DNA from: an uncultured Chthonomonadales bacterium | GTDB taxonomy: Bacteria > Armatimonadota > Chthonomonadetes > Chthonomonadales > CAJBBX01 | Assembly (NCBI GenBank): GCA_938005745.1 | Contig: CALLMM010000002.1 | Location: forward strand, 101,000 to 164,999 | Direction of reading: 5' to 3' | DNA: 64,000 nt | In this document: one piece after another, positions 54,701-62,095 of the stretch | Layout: each line of letters begins with the position of its first letter | Position numbering within the stretch: position 1 is the first letter of the stretch | Translations under genes and position numbers: made by a program | The notes under the pieces: model-generated | What the model was told of the DNA's origin: nothing | Seen by the model: the letters and a program-made list of their open reading frames with translations, nothing else | Databases searched by the model: none

Positions 54701-56808
54701 AGCGGCTGGTTGCTCGGCGTTCCCGGCTGGAAGTTGGGATCGTCCTGCGGATTGACGTTGACGTTGATCCCGTTGACGCCGGTCGCCGGATTGCCCAGCG
54801 AGGGATAGGTCCAGTAGACGGTGGTCTGCGTGCTGTCGGGACCGGCGCCGAGCGCGTCGAGCGCCCAGAGACGTCCCTCCGTCGTCGCGAAGTAGACCAC
54901 CGGTCGGGTCGTTCCGGAGGGCCACTGCACGTTGGCGATCAGGGGAGCCGCCACCACGCTGCTCGGAAGCTGCGACTCCGGCACAAACTGCAGGGCGTCC
55001 GCCGCCACGATCCGCCCGTTGGCGGCGTCCAGGGTCGAGTAGTTGTAGAGCGTTACCTGCCCGAGCGCCGGCACGTTATTGCCGTTGTAGACGCCCGCGC
55101 CGAAGCGGATGCCTCCGGTCAGCAGGCGCCAGGTTCCGACTCGCGGGCGTCCCGGGATCGTGTTATCGGTGTTGCGCTGATCGAGAACCACATCCAGCGG
55201 TCCGCGATCCGTCAGAATGCGATAGATCGCGTTGCGCGCATACTCCGGCTGTCCGTCCTGCCCTCCCGGGATCCAGACGTAGATCGAGTAGGTCAGGCTT
55301 GCGCTGAGCGGCTGCTCCCAGCGCGCATAGGGAGGCTCCGGATCACCGGGATTGGTCGGCGGCGGGGTCGTACCCTGCGCGGGAGCCGCGTAGTAGGTGG
55401 AGCCGAACGCCTGCTCCTGCGTGCTCTGCGGCGCGACGATCTGCGTGAAGCCGGGCGTCATTCCGGCAGGCGGCGTAAAGGTGAAGGCGGGCGTTCCCGC
55501 AAGATCGTCCACAGTGGTGGTTTGCAGCGGCGTAGCGGCGACCCGGCGCCAGCGCAGCCGGGAGAACCGTCCGTTGTTGAAATCGTCCTCGATGCAGTAG
55601 AAGACGGCGTTGCGCACGCTGCGGGTTGGGTCGGCGACCAGCGGGTTATAGTTGGCTCCGCTCACCGTCGGCTGAACCGGCAGGGTCGGGTTCAGGGGCA
55701 TGGTGGCGAAACCGCCGACCAGCGGACCGGGATTGCCTAGCGTCGGGAAGAGGTTGCGCGGACCGGTCGTCTCGTCGCGGGCGAAGAAGGTCAACTGCAC
55801 CGCGCCGGGATCGGTGATCTGCGAGCCGGACGGGAAGACGGCGCTGGCTGCCGGCGCGCGAATATCTCCGCGCAGCGCCTCAGGAACCAGCCGGACGGCG
55901 TCCGCGGCGATGACCGGGTCGTCCAGGAACAGGTTGCGATCCCCCACCGCGTCGGGTGTGATGCCGTAGAGCGTCACGCGGATCGGGTTCGTGCCGTCGT
56001 AGGGGAAGAAGCGGTCGTCGTCCTTATCGGTGCGGATCCGCTTCCAGAAGCCGCCGGTTCCGCCCGCCTCAATCATGAAGATGCGGCTGCGGATCGGGTC
56101 GTTGATGTCCGCACCCCAGCTGACGCGCACCATATAGTGGTCGGCGTTGGGGCGCGGTCCCGCCGTTCCCCGCGTTCCGCTGTTGGGGATATTGATATAG
56201 ATGGCGTAGCGCTGATTGGCAGCCAGCGGCTGCCCGCTCACGTCGCGCCGTCCCTGGAAGGTTCCCGCCGGGTACTGTCCGCCGAAGCTCCAGACCACCC
56301 GATCCAGCGTAACGGCGAGCAGCTCGTTATGCACGGCGCGATAGACTTCCGGCGTTACGTTGGGCAGCGCTTTCAGCGTCGGTATGCCGATATTCGCCAG
56401 GGTCTGACTCTGGATCGCGTTGGTGTAGACGTAGTCGCCTACCTTCTCGGGATCGCTGTCGCTGGGGGGCCAGGCGCCGGAGGCGCGCTGATCCGACGTG
56501 GGGCGCACCCACGTTCCGATAACCTGGAAATCCTGCCCGGTCGGCGTCGGTCCGGGGGGCGGCAGCGCGGTGTTGTCCACCACGATCTCCGCCGGCAGGT
56601 CGCGCGTGGGGGGCCAGACCCATGTCCGACTCAACTGCTGTCCCGGATTCAGTCCCGGGTCCTCATTGCTACCCTGGCGCGAGGGCGCGCCGCGATGCAT
56701 TAGCCAGTCGCTATCGCGGAAGGGCAGCTGCGCCAGTGCGACTGCCCCCGACGCCATCCACAGCGTCAGCACGCCGAAAACTATTAGCAGCGCTCGTTTA
56801 TGCCACAT
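48778..56808 (-). CDS. Giant secreted protein (2676 aa) with PQQ-like beta-propeller repeats
   Basis: Signal peptide MWHKRALLIVFGVLTLWMASGAVALAQ. WLMHRGAPSRQG plus recurring blade motifs GRLWALDALG, GRIYAFDAVG, GHVYAIDLQS, RRVYAISSSG and GRVLAIDASP. Later there are recurring ...LFW.. / ..VFWSS.R.G..DLY motifs. Confidence 0.8.
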   Translation of the reverse strand: MWHKRALLIVFGVLTLWMASGAVALAQLPFRDSDWLMHRGAPSRQGSNEDPGLNPGQQLSRTWVWPPTRDLPAEIVVDNTALPPPGPTPTGQDFQVIGTWVRPTSDQRASGAWPPSDSDPEKVGDYVYTNAIQSQTLANIGIPTLKALPNVTPEVYRAVHNELLAVTLDRVVWSFGGQYPAGTFQGRRDVSGQPLAANQRYAIYINIPNSGTRGTAGPRPNADHYMVRVSWGADINDPIRSRIFMIEAGGTGGFWKRIRTDKDDDRFFPYDGTNPIRVTLYGITPDAVGDRNLFLDDPVIAADAVRLVPEALRGDIRAPAASAVFPSGSQITDPGAVQLTFFARDETTGPRNLFPTLGNPGPLVGGFATMPLNPTLPVQPTVSGANYNPLVADPTRSVRNAVFYCIEDDFNNGRFSRLRWRRVAATPLQTTTVDDLAGTPAFTFTPPAGMTPGFTQIVAPQSTQEQAFGSTYYAAPAQGTTPPPTNPGDPEPPYARWEQPLSASLTYSIYVWIPGGQDGQPEYARNAIYRILTDRGPLDVVLDQRNTDNTIPGRPRVGTWRLLTGGIRFGAGVYNGNNVPALGQVTLYNYSTLDAANGRIVAADALQFVPESQLPSSVVAAPLIANVQWPSGTTRPVVYFATTEGRLWALDALGAGPDSTQTTVYWTYPSLGNPATGVNGINVNVNPQDDPNFQPGTPSNQPLQGIDGDLERTQRPNPNPPPGAIDIWTVNAKVPDLGGFYSSPIYVEVPRGSVREKYIVIGARNGRIYAFDAVGRFDPATNDPYAATQAAGDNPGIPGTTFRVMTWPTLGRDKWLRAGGINGGAGAYNSARYPDDPAKGFFDASLASPKLDANFRTDQVIAGAGDGHVYAIDLQSLDPRVRISNPSNAGRPLWQYPGPNQQLDPIVQPGVLTPTGKYIFTAGRRVYAISSSGSGPNNVATLQWTYPYTSAPPGNPNPGDQPREDTAFTAPAYRQSVSGFNGGNEVVFIANQDGRVLAIDASPNNNPVGGPSVLWESRTFGATRASAVFLNSLTPQPSFLSAAGPAIMLPLDTGGIIGLSVRTGGRLFWGYVDAIVGSVPLLDADGNLTTFSTSNAFRGADATTANGWVYSGDEGNPDTGERNGQMRAYAIDTIGMITPDEPDVQPAGQGNVDLRLVELWESRRDNPANGPYEGFGSNDPMIQRSPWTEWNANNTKPNSQGGFTIYEYGDTIYVAAWGVYTGPVLPQVTFRLTGAGTNRPPVTVGAVRDLAYAGPPLTLNGDPATPWVAKYAFPLGRGSEADPQTPGRRYTVFAQAQIQTPGGATFPTFQLAAGQASVVLGNPNPAPGQDPNDLPNNNRRNIAVAHPFSLTTRSIPAGTPVGANFRNIIGWTTGGTDFTEVLANGNRVVNIAANSITVAGEKNLVAPVGLVNHGSSSAYLGVDNNGNRVPALFIADRSSLYKLGQSLNNVRVERRELRWGWNPGETNALYAATGGVMNPLPWEDFPNRLPNDSLDYPNIDRTASIFRGGGVDMSTRGIPLPRPTVDTTTGVKTLNPLPLDLLVTAPRFQPANVNRIYFDISGGVNVGLPNGLMAPMAVTAGTDPVTGGIPGISGLISPSAGYVGSYVVYIDSNGDGRFAGNAPQVEAQQAQVSRDEVYRQLDVGVAIPPDVRLRTEEETIDMGSLPHSTGYSPNIPFTPSFLGPYNGNSPLNAFLSPWDTPGQTRFFAPFTVKNEGNVNLVNLRVAKMIGAPGSSISDPSFWGSMTSDQVETLTGVGQIWTVPFNLIGLPAVGNLGMVTSLDHGRTVASGSNVFDIEINYNARFGTENFWPLGLPAALFPSGNPYVQAGNPLVSQGWAPGINPRPTLHKARPGDAAPTVLSIPDVAYGDPLGVLGTLTTGGNGVPGREVRPKIGIAIPLGTPAGTYTTPIYLFEDFTPTAWRQWLAAYQQLTGNPVSPVAAAQDDDGILNIAVNGGRASPVEPVVSNPFRLKVTVRETRLTNGTTPGTFPMIDVRGSLPAFGANLLPAAIRDRRTGHIALFWASNRLNDNRPPEPLWGSPWTLFFTRLNAVANNNGTVLDWRFEPGNTRWWMPLSASAQYPDASVASGLTPRLFPANQTEVAGNPNTPLVPGRLVTLPVNGSAEYYDVRHATPALAQDDLAPVNNLDTWLFWQGAVTKREGGSTTIDTRTFYVPLDRNTLAPDTTVNGGVPFSFLNDPALPKFAPKPLLMTDVNGRRRAYLFWYGGASGRSRIYYNLNGGDLTSVTDWSRDIPLPTSNVFISVSDPLPVRRLIPNASGQLIDAIDLFYTGVMRNRRVPEVFLTRYTLGGNGRLFVTTLPAVQNELMVRDGSSKVWMSRDIGWVFRDPGTRDFVDANGNPPYTLSLRRADGSVITPLTQGRPTFDNATGLLYFNSALGGRLIVDPQLGTVTFPDVAPRNSDGLFVTYTPQAMRVNVTRNDSGAIEIPSGWLTDAGFAARPHVPAAGSNYGAVAFIDRSANPRTPYILGLPQNGIVPVTRMWTFYRKTGTGVTSAATIYYKTMRLMVRLPRGVLRDFNPQTGQYSLGSNIQIAGNRGPVEVDWVRGRLYFTELDEGNDNIRVVFNYARDAQGNVLTVPETRYRVAWGDEISVALQPGDQTTNETAMPLDAAVNEGQISAFKDPLTDRVWVFWSSTRAGTVDLYSTVLCPQFYPLTAAP

Positions 56809-56870
56809 GCGTGTATCACCTTAACAGGTCGGGTCCGGGCGGAGGATCGCTCCTCCGCCGGCTCCACTCC

Positions 56871-59800
56871 TTAGAACGGACGATCAGCAAACGCCGGCTG
56901 TTCCAGCAGCGACGTGGAGGTTGCGCGGGAACGATCCAGCGGACCGATGAAGCGGCGGAAGAAGCCGCCGAACAGCGTCTCGCGCGGCGTTCTCCAGACG
57001 ATGCTCGCGTTGGGATTGGGGATCAGGAAGTTGCCTCCCGGATCGGGCAGTCCCAGCGCGTTGGCGCGGATATAGTCCGGCTGATAGCCCCGCCCCGGCA
57101 GCCGGAGATCGAAGGTGGCGGGATTCAGTTCGAACACCTCGCCGCGAAACTCGCTGGTTCCCGCCACATTGCCGTTCGCCGGATTGTTGACGAACGTGAT
57201 GCCGAAGACGCGCGGATTATCCTCGCCGGTGAACCGGTTGGTGATCAGGAAGCGGCGCAGCGCGGGCGTGAAGGCGTTGGGCGTATTCCCCGCCGAGGTC
57301 GCCAGACGCCGGATGCTCGCCGCGTTCAGCCGCTTGCCGGTCATCAGGAAGTAGTCTTCCGACGTCAGCATCCACTCGACGTTTAGCACGGGAATCGGGG
57401 TGTTATTCGGTCCTATCGCCACGCCCGGCGACAGCTGATAGCAGCCGTTGGCATCGCTCAAGAGGTACTTAAAGACCACCTGCGGCTGCCCGTTCACCAC
57501 CACGACCTCATCAAACTTCGAGAACCAGGTCGGGTTGACAATCGGCTGAATGCGGAAACCGTTGGGATTGCCTGCGGTCGGTGTCGGGATGCGCAGGTTG
57601 CCGACAATGGTCAGGGGCGTCCCCTGCTCATTGAGCAGCACCAGCGAGCCGCCGCCCGTCTCCGCCACATCGCCAAAGGTGTTGATCTGCTGTCCCGCCA
57701 CCTGCGGGCTGCCGATCAGCTTGAAGTTGGAGATGGAAGCCATCGTCAGGCGCACGAGATCGTCGGGTCCCTTGGAGGCGTCCTGCCACTCCGCCGGCAG
57801 ATCGCGGTTGCGCATCAGGATACGCTCCACCGTCCGGTAGCGGTAACGCTTCCCCTCGTTGCTGTAGGTGGAGCTGGCGAAGTTCAACTGCCGCAGCATG
57901 ACGAAGGGCCAGGGCTGCGCGGTGTGCCGTCCGATGGGCGCGCCGTTGGCGCTGTAGACATCCACCAGTTCGATGACCCGGAAGTTACCCGAGTCGGCGA
58001 TCAGATAGTGAACGATATAGCCCGGTCCGTTGTAGACGTAGTTCTGATTGTTGAACGCAACATTGATGTTGAGGTTCGGCAGGAACTCCGTCCAGTATGA
58101 GATGTCGGTCGGCTCGTTGAGGGTGAGCGGATCGCCGGGGCGCAGCAGCCGCTTGAAGTCGTCAAACAGCCGGTTGACCTCCCAGACGATGTTGCCGCCG
58201 CGATCTATCTGCACGATGCGGTTGTTGCCCGTATCCACCACCAGCAGGTCGTTGATGCCGATGCGCCGCGCGACGGTCGGGCGGGCAAACGGCACATTCT
58301 TCACCGCCGCGACGCCCGTTGCGTTTGCCGGATTGTCCAGGACGATGTCGCCGTTCGGATCGCCGATGTAGCGGGGCAGGTCACCGCCCGCGATGCCGTA
58401 GGAGCGCGTGCCCTCCGAGACCCAGACCGCTTCGCCCGCCGCGTTCACCTCGATTAGCCGCTTGTTGTCGGCGATGATGGTGAAGGTATCCTCGAAGGCA
58501 GAGGCTCCGTTGAGCGTGTTGGCGACCAGCACGTTGGCGGTTGCGACCGGCGCGTTGAGGATCGCTCCGACGTTCCCGCCCGCCAGCGGGTTGGCGACGC
58601 GGGAGACCCAGCGCAGGTGGCGGGTCGTCCCGTCATCGTTGAACAGCCGCACCTGACTGCCCATCGCCTGCGCCTCCGGGTCGGTCGAAGCGGGGTCTAC
58701 GTTCATCGAGGCGATGAACCCGAACTGCGTCCCCAGCCACATGATGTCGCCCTGTATGGAGGGGGACGAGGAGACGAAGCCCGGATTGCCGATATTGACG
58801 GGCAGCGCCGCTGGCAGTACCGCGTACCACAGCAGGTTATCCACGCCATTGGGACCGATCAGCCGCGACTCCGTGAAGGTCGCGCTGTTGGGGTCGGCGG
58901 GATTCTGACGTATGGTGTCCACCTTTGTCCCGGCAACCAGGATCTCCTCACCCGTGCCGATCTGCACCACGAACGGCATAGAGGCACTCACGTAGTTGGC
59001 GGTTCCTCCGCGCGGAGCCATCGCGGTGATGCGGATCAAGCCGTTCTGATAGTCCACGGTGTACTGCTGCGGGTTCAGTTCGACCCAGGCGGGAGCGGCG
59101 GCGGTCTGCGAGTTGGCGGCGTTGACCTGCCGAATGCGCACCGGAGTTCCCGTCGTGATCTGCTGCCGCAGGCGCAGAACGATCTCCGGGTTCGCCTTGA
59201 ACGCCATCACCAGCGAGACCGGGATGCCGCCCGCCTCCAGCAGACCCCGCGCCGTGACATAGACGTTTCCGTCCTTGTAGGCAGGCGTCCCGAAGAACTG
59301 CACATTCAGAATGTAGCTGCCGTATCCGGGCAGCGAGGGGTCCAGTTGCCGCAGGCGCGGCGGGATCGTTACGGCAGCCCCGTTGACGGTGATCTGCAAG
59401 CCGTTATGCATGGCATACGCCCACTTCAGCGAGGTCTGCCCGGCGTTCTGCTCATTGACCCCGAACAGCACGCCCCGTCCCTGGATGCCCAATCCCGCTG
59501 GGCTGGTATCCGCCGTGAAGAAGACCATTTCGTCCGACGCCAGCGACGGCGCGCCCCCGACCCGGTTGCCGGAACTGGTTACGTCCGGGATATTGAGCAC
59601 CGAGCGGGCGTTGACCTTCGGACCGGTGAAGCCGATCGGCGGAGACCAGTTGAGGGTGTAGTCCGCGTAGAGGGTCAGATCGCCGTCGTTGACCGGAACG
59701 GTGGGTCCGCCGGAGAACTCCACGTTGGCGGAGGTGATAACCTGCACCGGCTGGTTCGCCGCTTGCGTGACGGAAAACTCGTTCTGTCCGGGCGTTCCCG

Positions 59801-61997
59801 CCGCATTAAAGCGCAGTTCCAGCGACCAGATGACGCCGGTCGCCGGGTCGCGATAGCGCGCAAATACCCGCGGTCGCAGCTCGATGTTTTCGTCGGCATT
59901 GACGGGCATGAACCAGGGGATCAGGGAGCGCGAACGGAAGTTGTTGCCGCCCGCCGGAACCAGCGGCTCCCCCTTTGTCCCGAACCAGAAGCCGCGCACC
60001 GAGGCGGGCGCGTTGCCCACGCCGCCTGCGCCGCCCGCCACATAGACATAGACCATCTTATCCATCGCGCCGGTGGCGTTGTCGCGCACGTAGCCGACGG
60101 TCGGCGTGCTCAACATGGAGCCGGTTCCCACCGCATCCGGCACGGCGGTTCGGTCGAAGGTCTCGCCGGAGTAGCCCAGCGGTCCCGGTCGGAAGAGGCT
60201 GCGACCGCCGCGCGGGTCTACCGTCACCAGACGCCCCCCGCTGGGAGTGTTCAGGCTGATAAACAGGACGCCCTCCGACCAGGCGGGAGCCGGGATCGGC
60301 AGGTCCTTGCCCGAGTCGGGGTTGGGCGCGCCGCCGGTGTTATGCGGCGAGTTGTCTATGCCGTAGTCGGTTCCCAGACCGGTCAGGACCCAGTCCACCG
60401 CCGTAACCGGAGCCAGAGGCAGACCCGGTGCGTTGGCGCGCGGCAGCGCGCGCAGCGCGGCGACTGTGCCGTCTGAGAGGGTAACGACCACCAGCTCCCG
60501 CTGATTGAAGTTCACCAATCCGTTGGGAACCGGCTGACTGGCAAAGTTGGGATCGTAGAACTCGATGATGGTCGGCGCGGAGGCTCCGGTTGCGTTCGGG
60601 GAGAGGGTCTTCAGATCGAACCGCCAGATCTCATCGAAGGAGGCTCCGGCAATAAAGTCCGGGATCCCCTCGTCCGCGTTGCCGTCTCCGTCCAGGTCCT
60701 CGCCGGGATTGGCGTTGTAGCAGCGCAGGATCAGATCGCCGTCCACCACAAAGACGCAGCGGCGGAACAGAGCCGCGCCGCCGACCTTGCGCGCGCCGGC
60801 GCCGGGCGGAGGCGGAGACGCCCACTTCTCCGTCAGCACCGCGCCGATCTTCTCGACCGTGCTGCCGTCGCGGCGCAGATTGGTCTGCGCGGTGGTATGC
60901 GAACCCGTCCAGGAGGCGAGGTTATAGGCGAACTTCAGGTCGGGAGGACGCGCCGCGATCAGGGTCTCGCCGCTGATGGCGCCGGTGTTGGACCCCCAGC
61001 CGACGTTGACGCCCCCGACATAGTTATTGATGGCGTCGCCGGAGTCCTGGCAGGAGAAGACGATCCGTCCCGCGCCCACCTGCCCGGCAAGAATGTAGGG
61101 TCTCCAGCCGGGATTGGGCGTTACCTGATTGATGGGAGCCAGTCCCCGCGAGTTCCAGACGATCGGAACCAGCGTATGGCGGGCGGGAGGATTGAGTGCG
61201 TCGGATCCCGCGACGTTGTCAAACTGGGTCGGATCGCCGGGATTGGTATACGGATTGAAGACGTAGTAGCCGTTGACGCCCTTGTCGCCGAAGGACTGAA
61301 GCTCCTGCGGCGAGAGGACGTAGGGATAGTTGAGCAGCGGATGATTGGTCGCCGCGATCACCGCGCCGGCGTTGGGATTGGGACCGTTGCTGAACTGCAC
61401 GTCGAACAGAAACGGCGCGCGCGGATCGAAGCTCATCCGTCCGGAGTTCTCCACCCACAGCGTCCCGCCCCCGTCTATGAACCGTCGCAGTTTCGCAAGC
61501 TGCTCCGCCGTGAACCGGGCGTTCGCCTTGTGCGAATGGATGTAGAGCAGATCGAACTGCTGCAGATCCTCTGCGCTCAGGTTATCCAGGTTGACCTCCC
61601 AGTACGCCCCCATGTTCTTGGTCACGCGCGCTCCGATTTGGAACACCTGAAACTGGGGCGTGCCGGGAACGAATGCCGGATCGCTGTTGGGGATACGCAC
61701 GCGGTTGCGCCACCGCTGATAGACATCGGCGGTGATGACGGTCGGCGCGAGCGGATTGACGAACTCCATCCCGAACGGCTTCAGATCGGTGCGGGAGTCC
61801 AGGATATAGAAGATATGCGTTCCGGTATTCTCAGGACCGAAGTTGCCCTCGTTGAGCGCGCTGCAAACCAGCACGCCCGCCCGCACCAGACGACGCTGCG
61901 TCGAGTAGGTGCTGGAGTCGGCGACGACTCGTGCGGGCAGCAGAACCGAACTGAGCAGAATGCCCAGAACTACACTGAGGATCAAACGATTTCTCAT
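56871..61997 (-). CDS. Giant secreted protein (1708 aa): DUF4159-like N-terminal domain plus beta-propeller (PQQ-like and NHL-like) repeats
   Basis: Start ATG 61995-61997 (MRNRLILSVVLGILLSSVLLPARVVA). FDLLYIHSHKANARFTAEQLAKLRRFIDGGGTLWVENSG...ATNHPLLNYPYVL resembles the DUF4159 pattern. NHL-like motifs LLVVDTGNNRIVQIDRGGNIVWEV and YLIADSGNFRVIELVD. The protein ends in ...FADRPF. Confidence 0.8.
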   Translation of the reverse strand: MRNRLILSVVLGILLSSVLLPARVVADSSTYSTQRRLVRAGVLVCSALNEGNFGPENTGTHIFYILDSRTDLKPFGMEFVNPLAPTVITADVYQRWRNRVRIPNSDPAFVPGTPQFQVFQIGARVTKNMGAYWEVNLDNLSAEDLQQFDLLYIHSHKANARFTAEQLAKLRRFIDGGGTLWVENSGRMSFDPRAPFLFDVQFSNGPNPNAGAVIAATNHPLLNYPYVLSPQELQSFGDKGVNGYYVFNPYTNPGDPTQFDNVAGSDALNPPARHTLVPIVWNSRGLAPINQVTPNPGWRPYILAGQVGAGRIVFSCQDSGDAINNYVGGVNVGWGSNTGAISGETLIAARPPDLKFAYNLASWTGSHTTAQTNLRRDGSTVEKIGAVLTEKWASPPPPGAGARKVGGAALFRRCVFVVDGDLILRCYNANPGEDLDGDGNADEGIPDFIAGASFDEIWRFDLKTLSPNATGASAPTIIEFYDPNFASQPVPNGLVNFNQRELVVVTLSDGTVAALRALPRANAPGLPLAPVTAVDWVLTGLGTDYGIDNSPHNTGGAPNPDSGKDLPIPAPAWSEGVLFISLNTPSGGRLVTVDPRGGRSLFRPGPLGYSGETFDRTAVPDAVGTGSMLSTPTVGYVRDNATGAMDKMVYVYVAGGAGGVGNAPASVRGFWFGTKGEPLVPAGGNNFRSRSLIPWFMPVNADENIELRPRVFARYRDPATGVIWSLELRFNAAGTPGQNEFSVTQAANQPVQVITSANVEFSGGPTVPVNDGDLTLYADYTLNWSPPIGFTGPKVNARSVLNIPDVTSSGNRVGGAPSLASDEMVFFTADTSPAGLGIQGRGVLFGVNEQNAGQTSLKWAYAMHNGLQITVNGAAVTIPPRLRQLDPSLPGYGSYILNVQFFGTPAYKDGNVYVTARGLLEAGGIPVSLVMAFKANPEIVLRLRQQITTGTPVRIRQVNAANSQTAAAPAWVELNPQQYTVDYQNGLIRITAMAPRGGTANYVSASMPFVVQIGTGEEILVAGTKVDTIRQNPADPNSATFTESRLIGPNGVDNLLWYAVLPAALPVNIGNPGFVSSSPSIQGDIMWLGTQFGFIASMNVDPASTDPEAQAMGSQVRLFNDDGTTRHLRWVSRVANPLAGGNVGAILNAPVATANVLVANTLNGASAFEDTFTIIADNKRLIEVNAAGEAVWVSEGTRSYGIAGGDLPRYIGDPNGDIVLDNPANATGVAAVKNVPFARPTVARRIGINDLLVVDTGNNRIVQIDRGGNIVWEVNRLFDDFKRLLRPGDPLTLNEPTDISYWTEFLPNLNINVAFNNQNYVYNGPGYIVHYLIADSGNFRVIELVDVYSANGAPIGRHTAQPWPFVMLRQLNFASSTYSNEGKRYRYRTVERILMRNRDLPAEWQDASKGPDDLVRLTMASISNFKLIGSPQVAGQQINTFGDVAETGGGSLVLLNEQGTPLTIVGNLRIPTPTAGNPNGFRIQPIVNPTWFSKFDEVVVVNGQPQVVFKYLLSDANGCYQLSPGVAIGPNNTPIPVLNVEWMLTSEDYFLMTGKRLNAASIRRLATSAGNTPNAFTPALRRFLITNRFTGEDNPRVFGITFVNNPANGNVAGTSEFRGEVFELNPATFDLRLPGRGYQPDYIRANALGLPDPGGNFLIPNPNASIVWRTPRETLFGGFFRRFIGPLDRSRATSTSLLEQPAFADRPF

Positions 61998-62095
61998 AGC
62001 CAGATTACCTGATGGGTGGAGTAAACGCAGAAGATGGGTAAATGAGCGCTTTTCCGTTTGAATGCTGCACATCTACCCATCTCCCCCTTCTCCTG

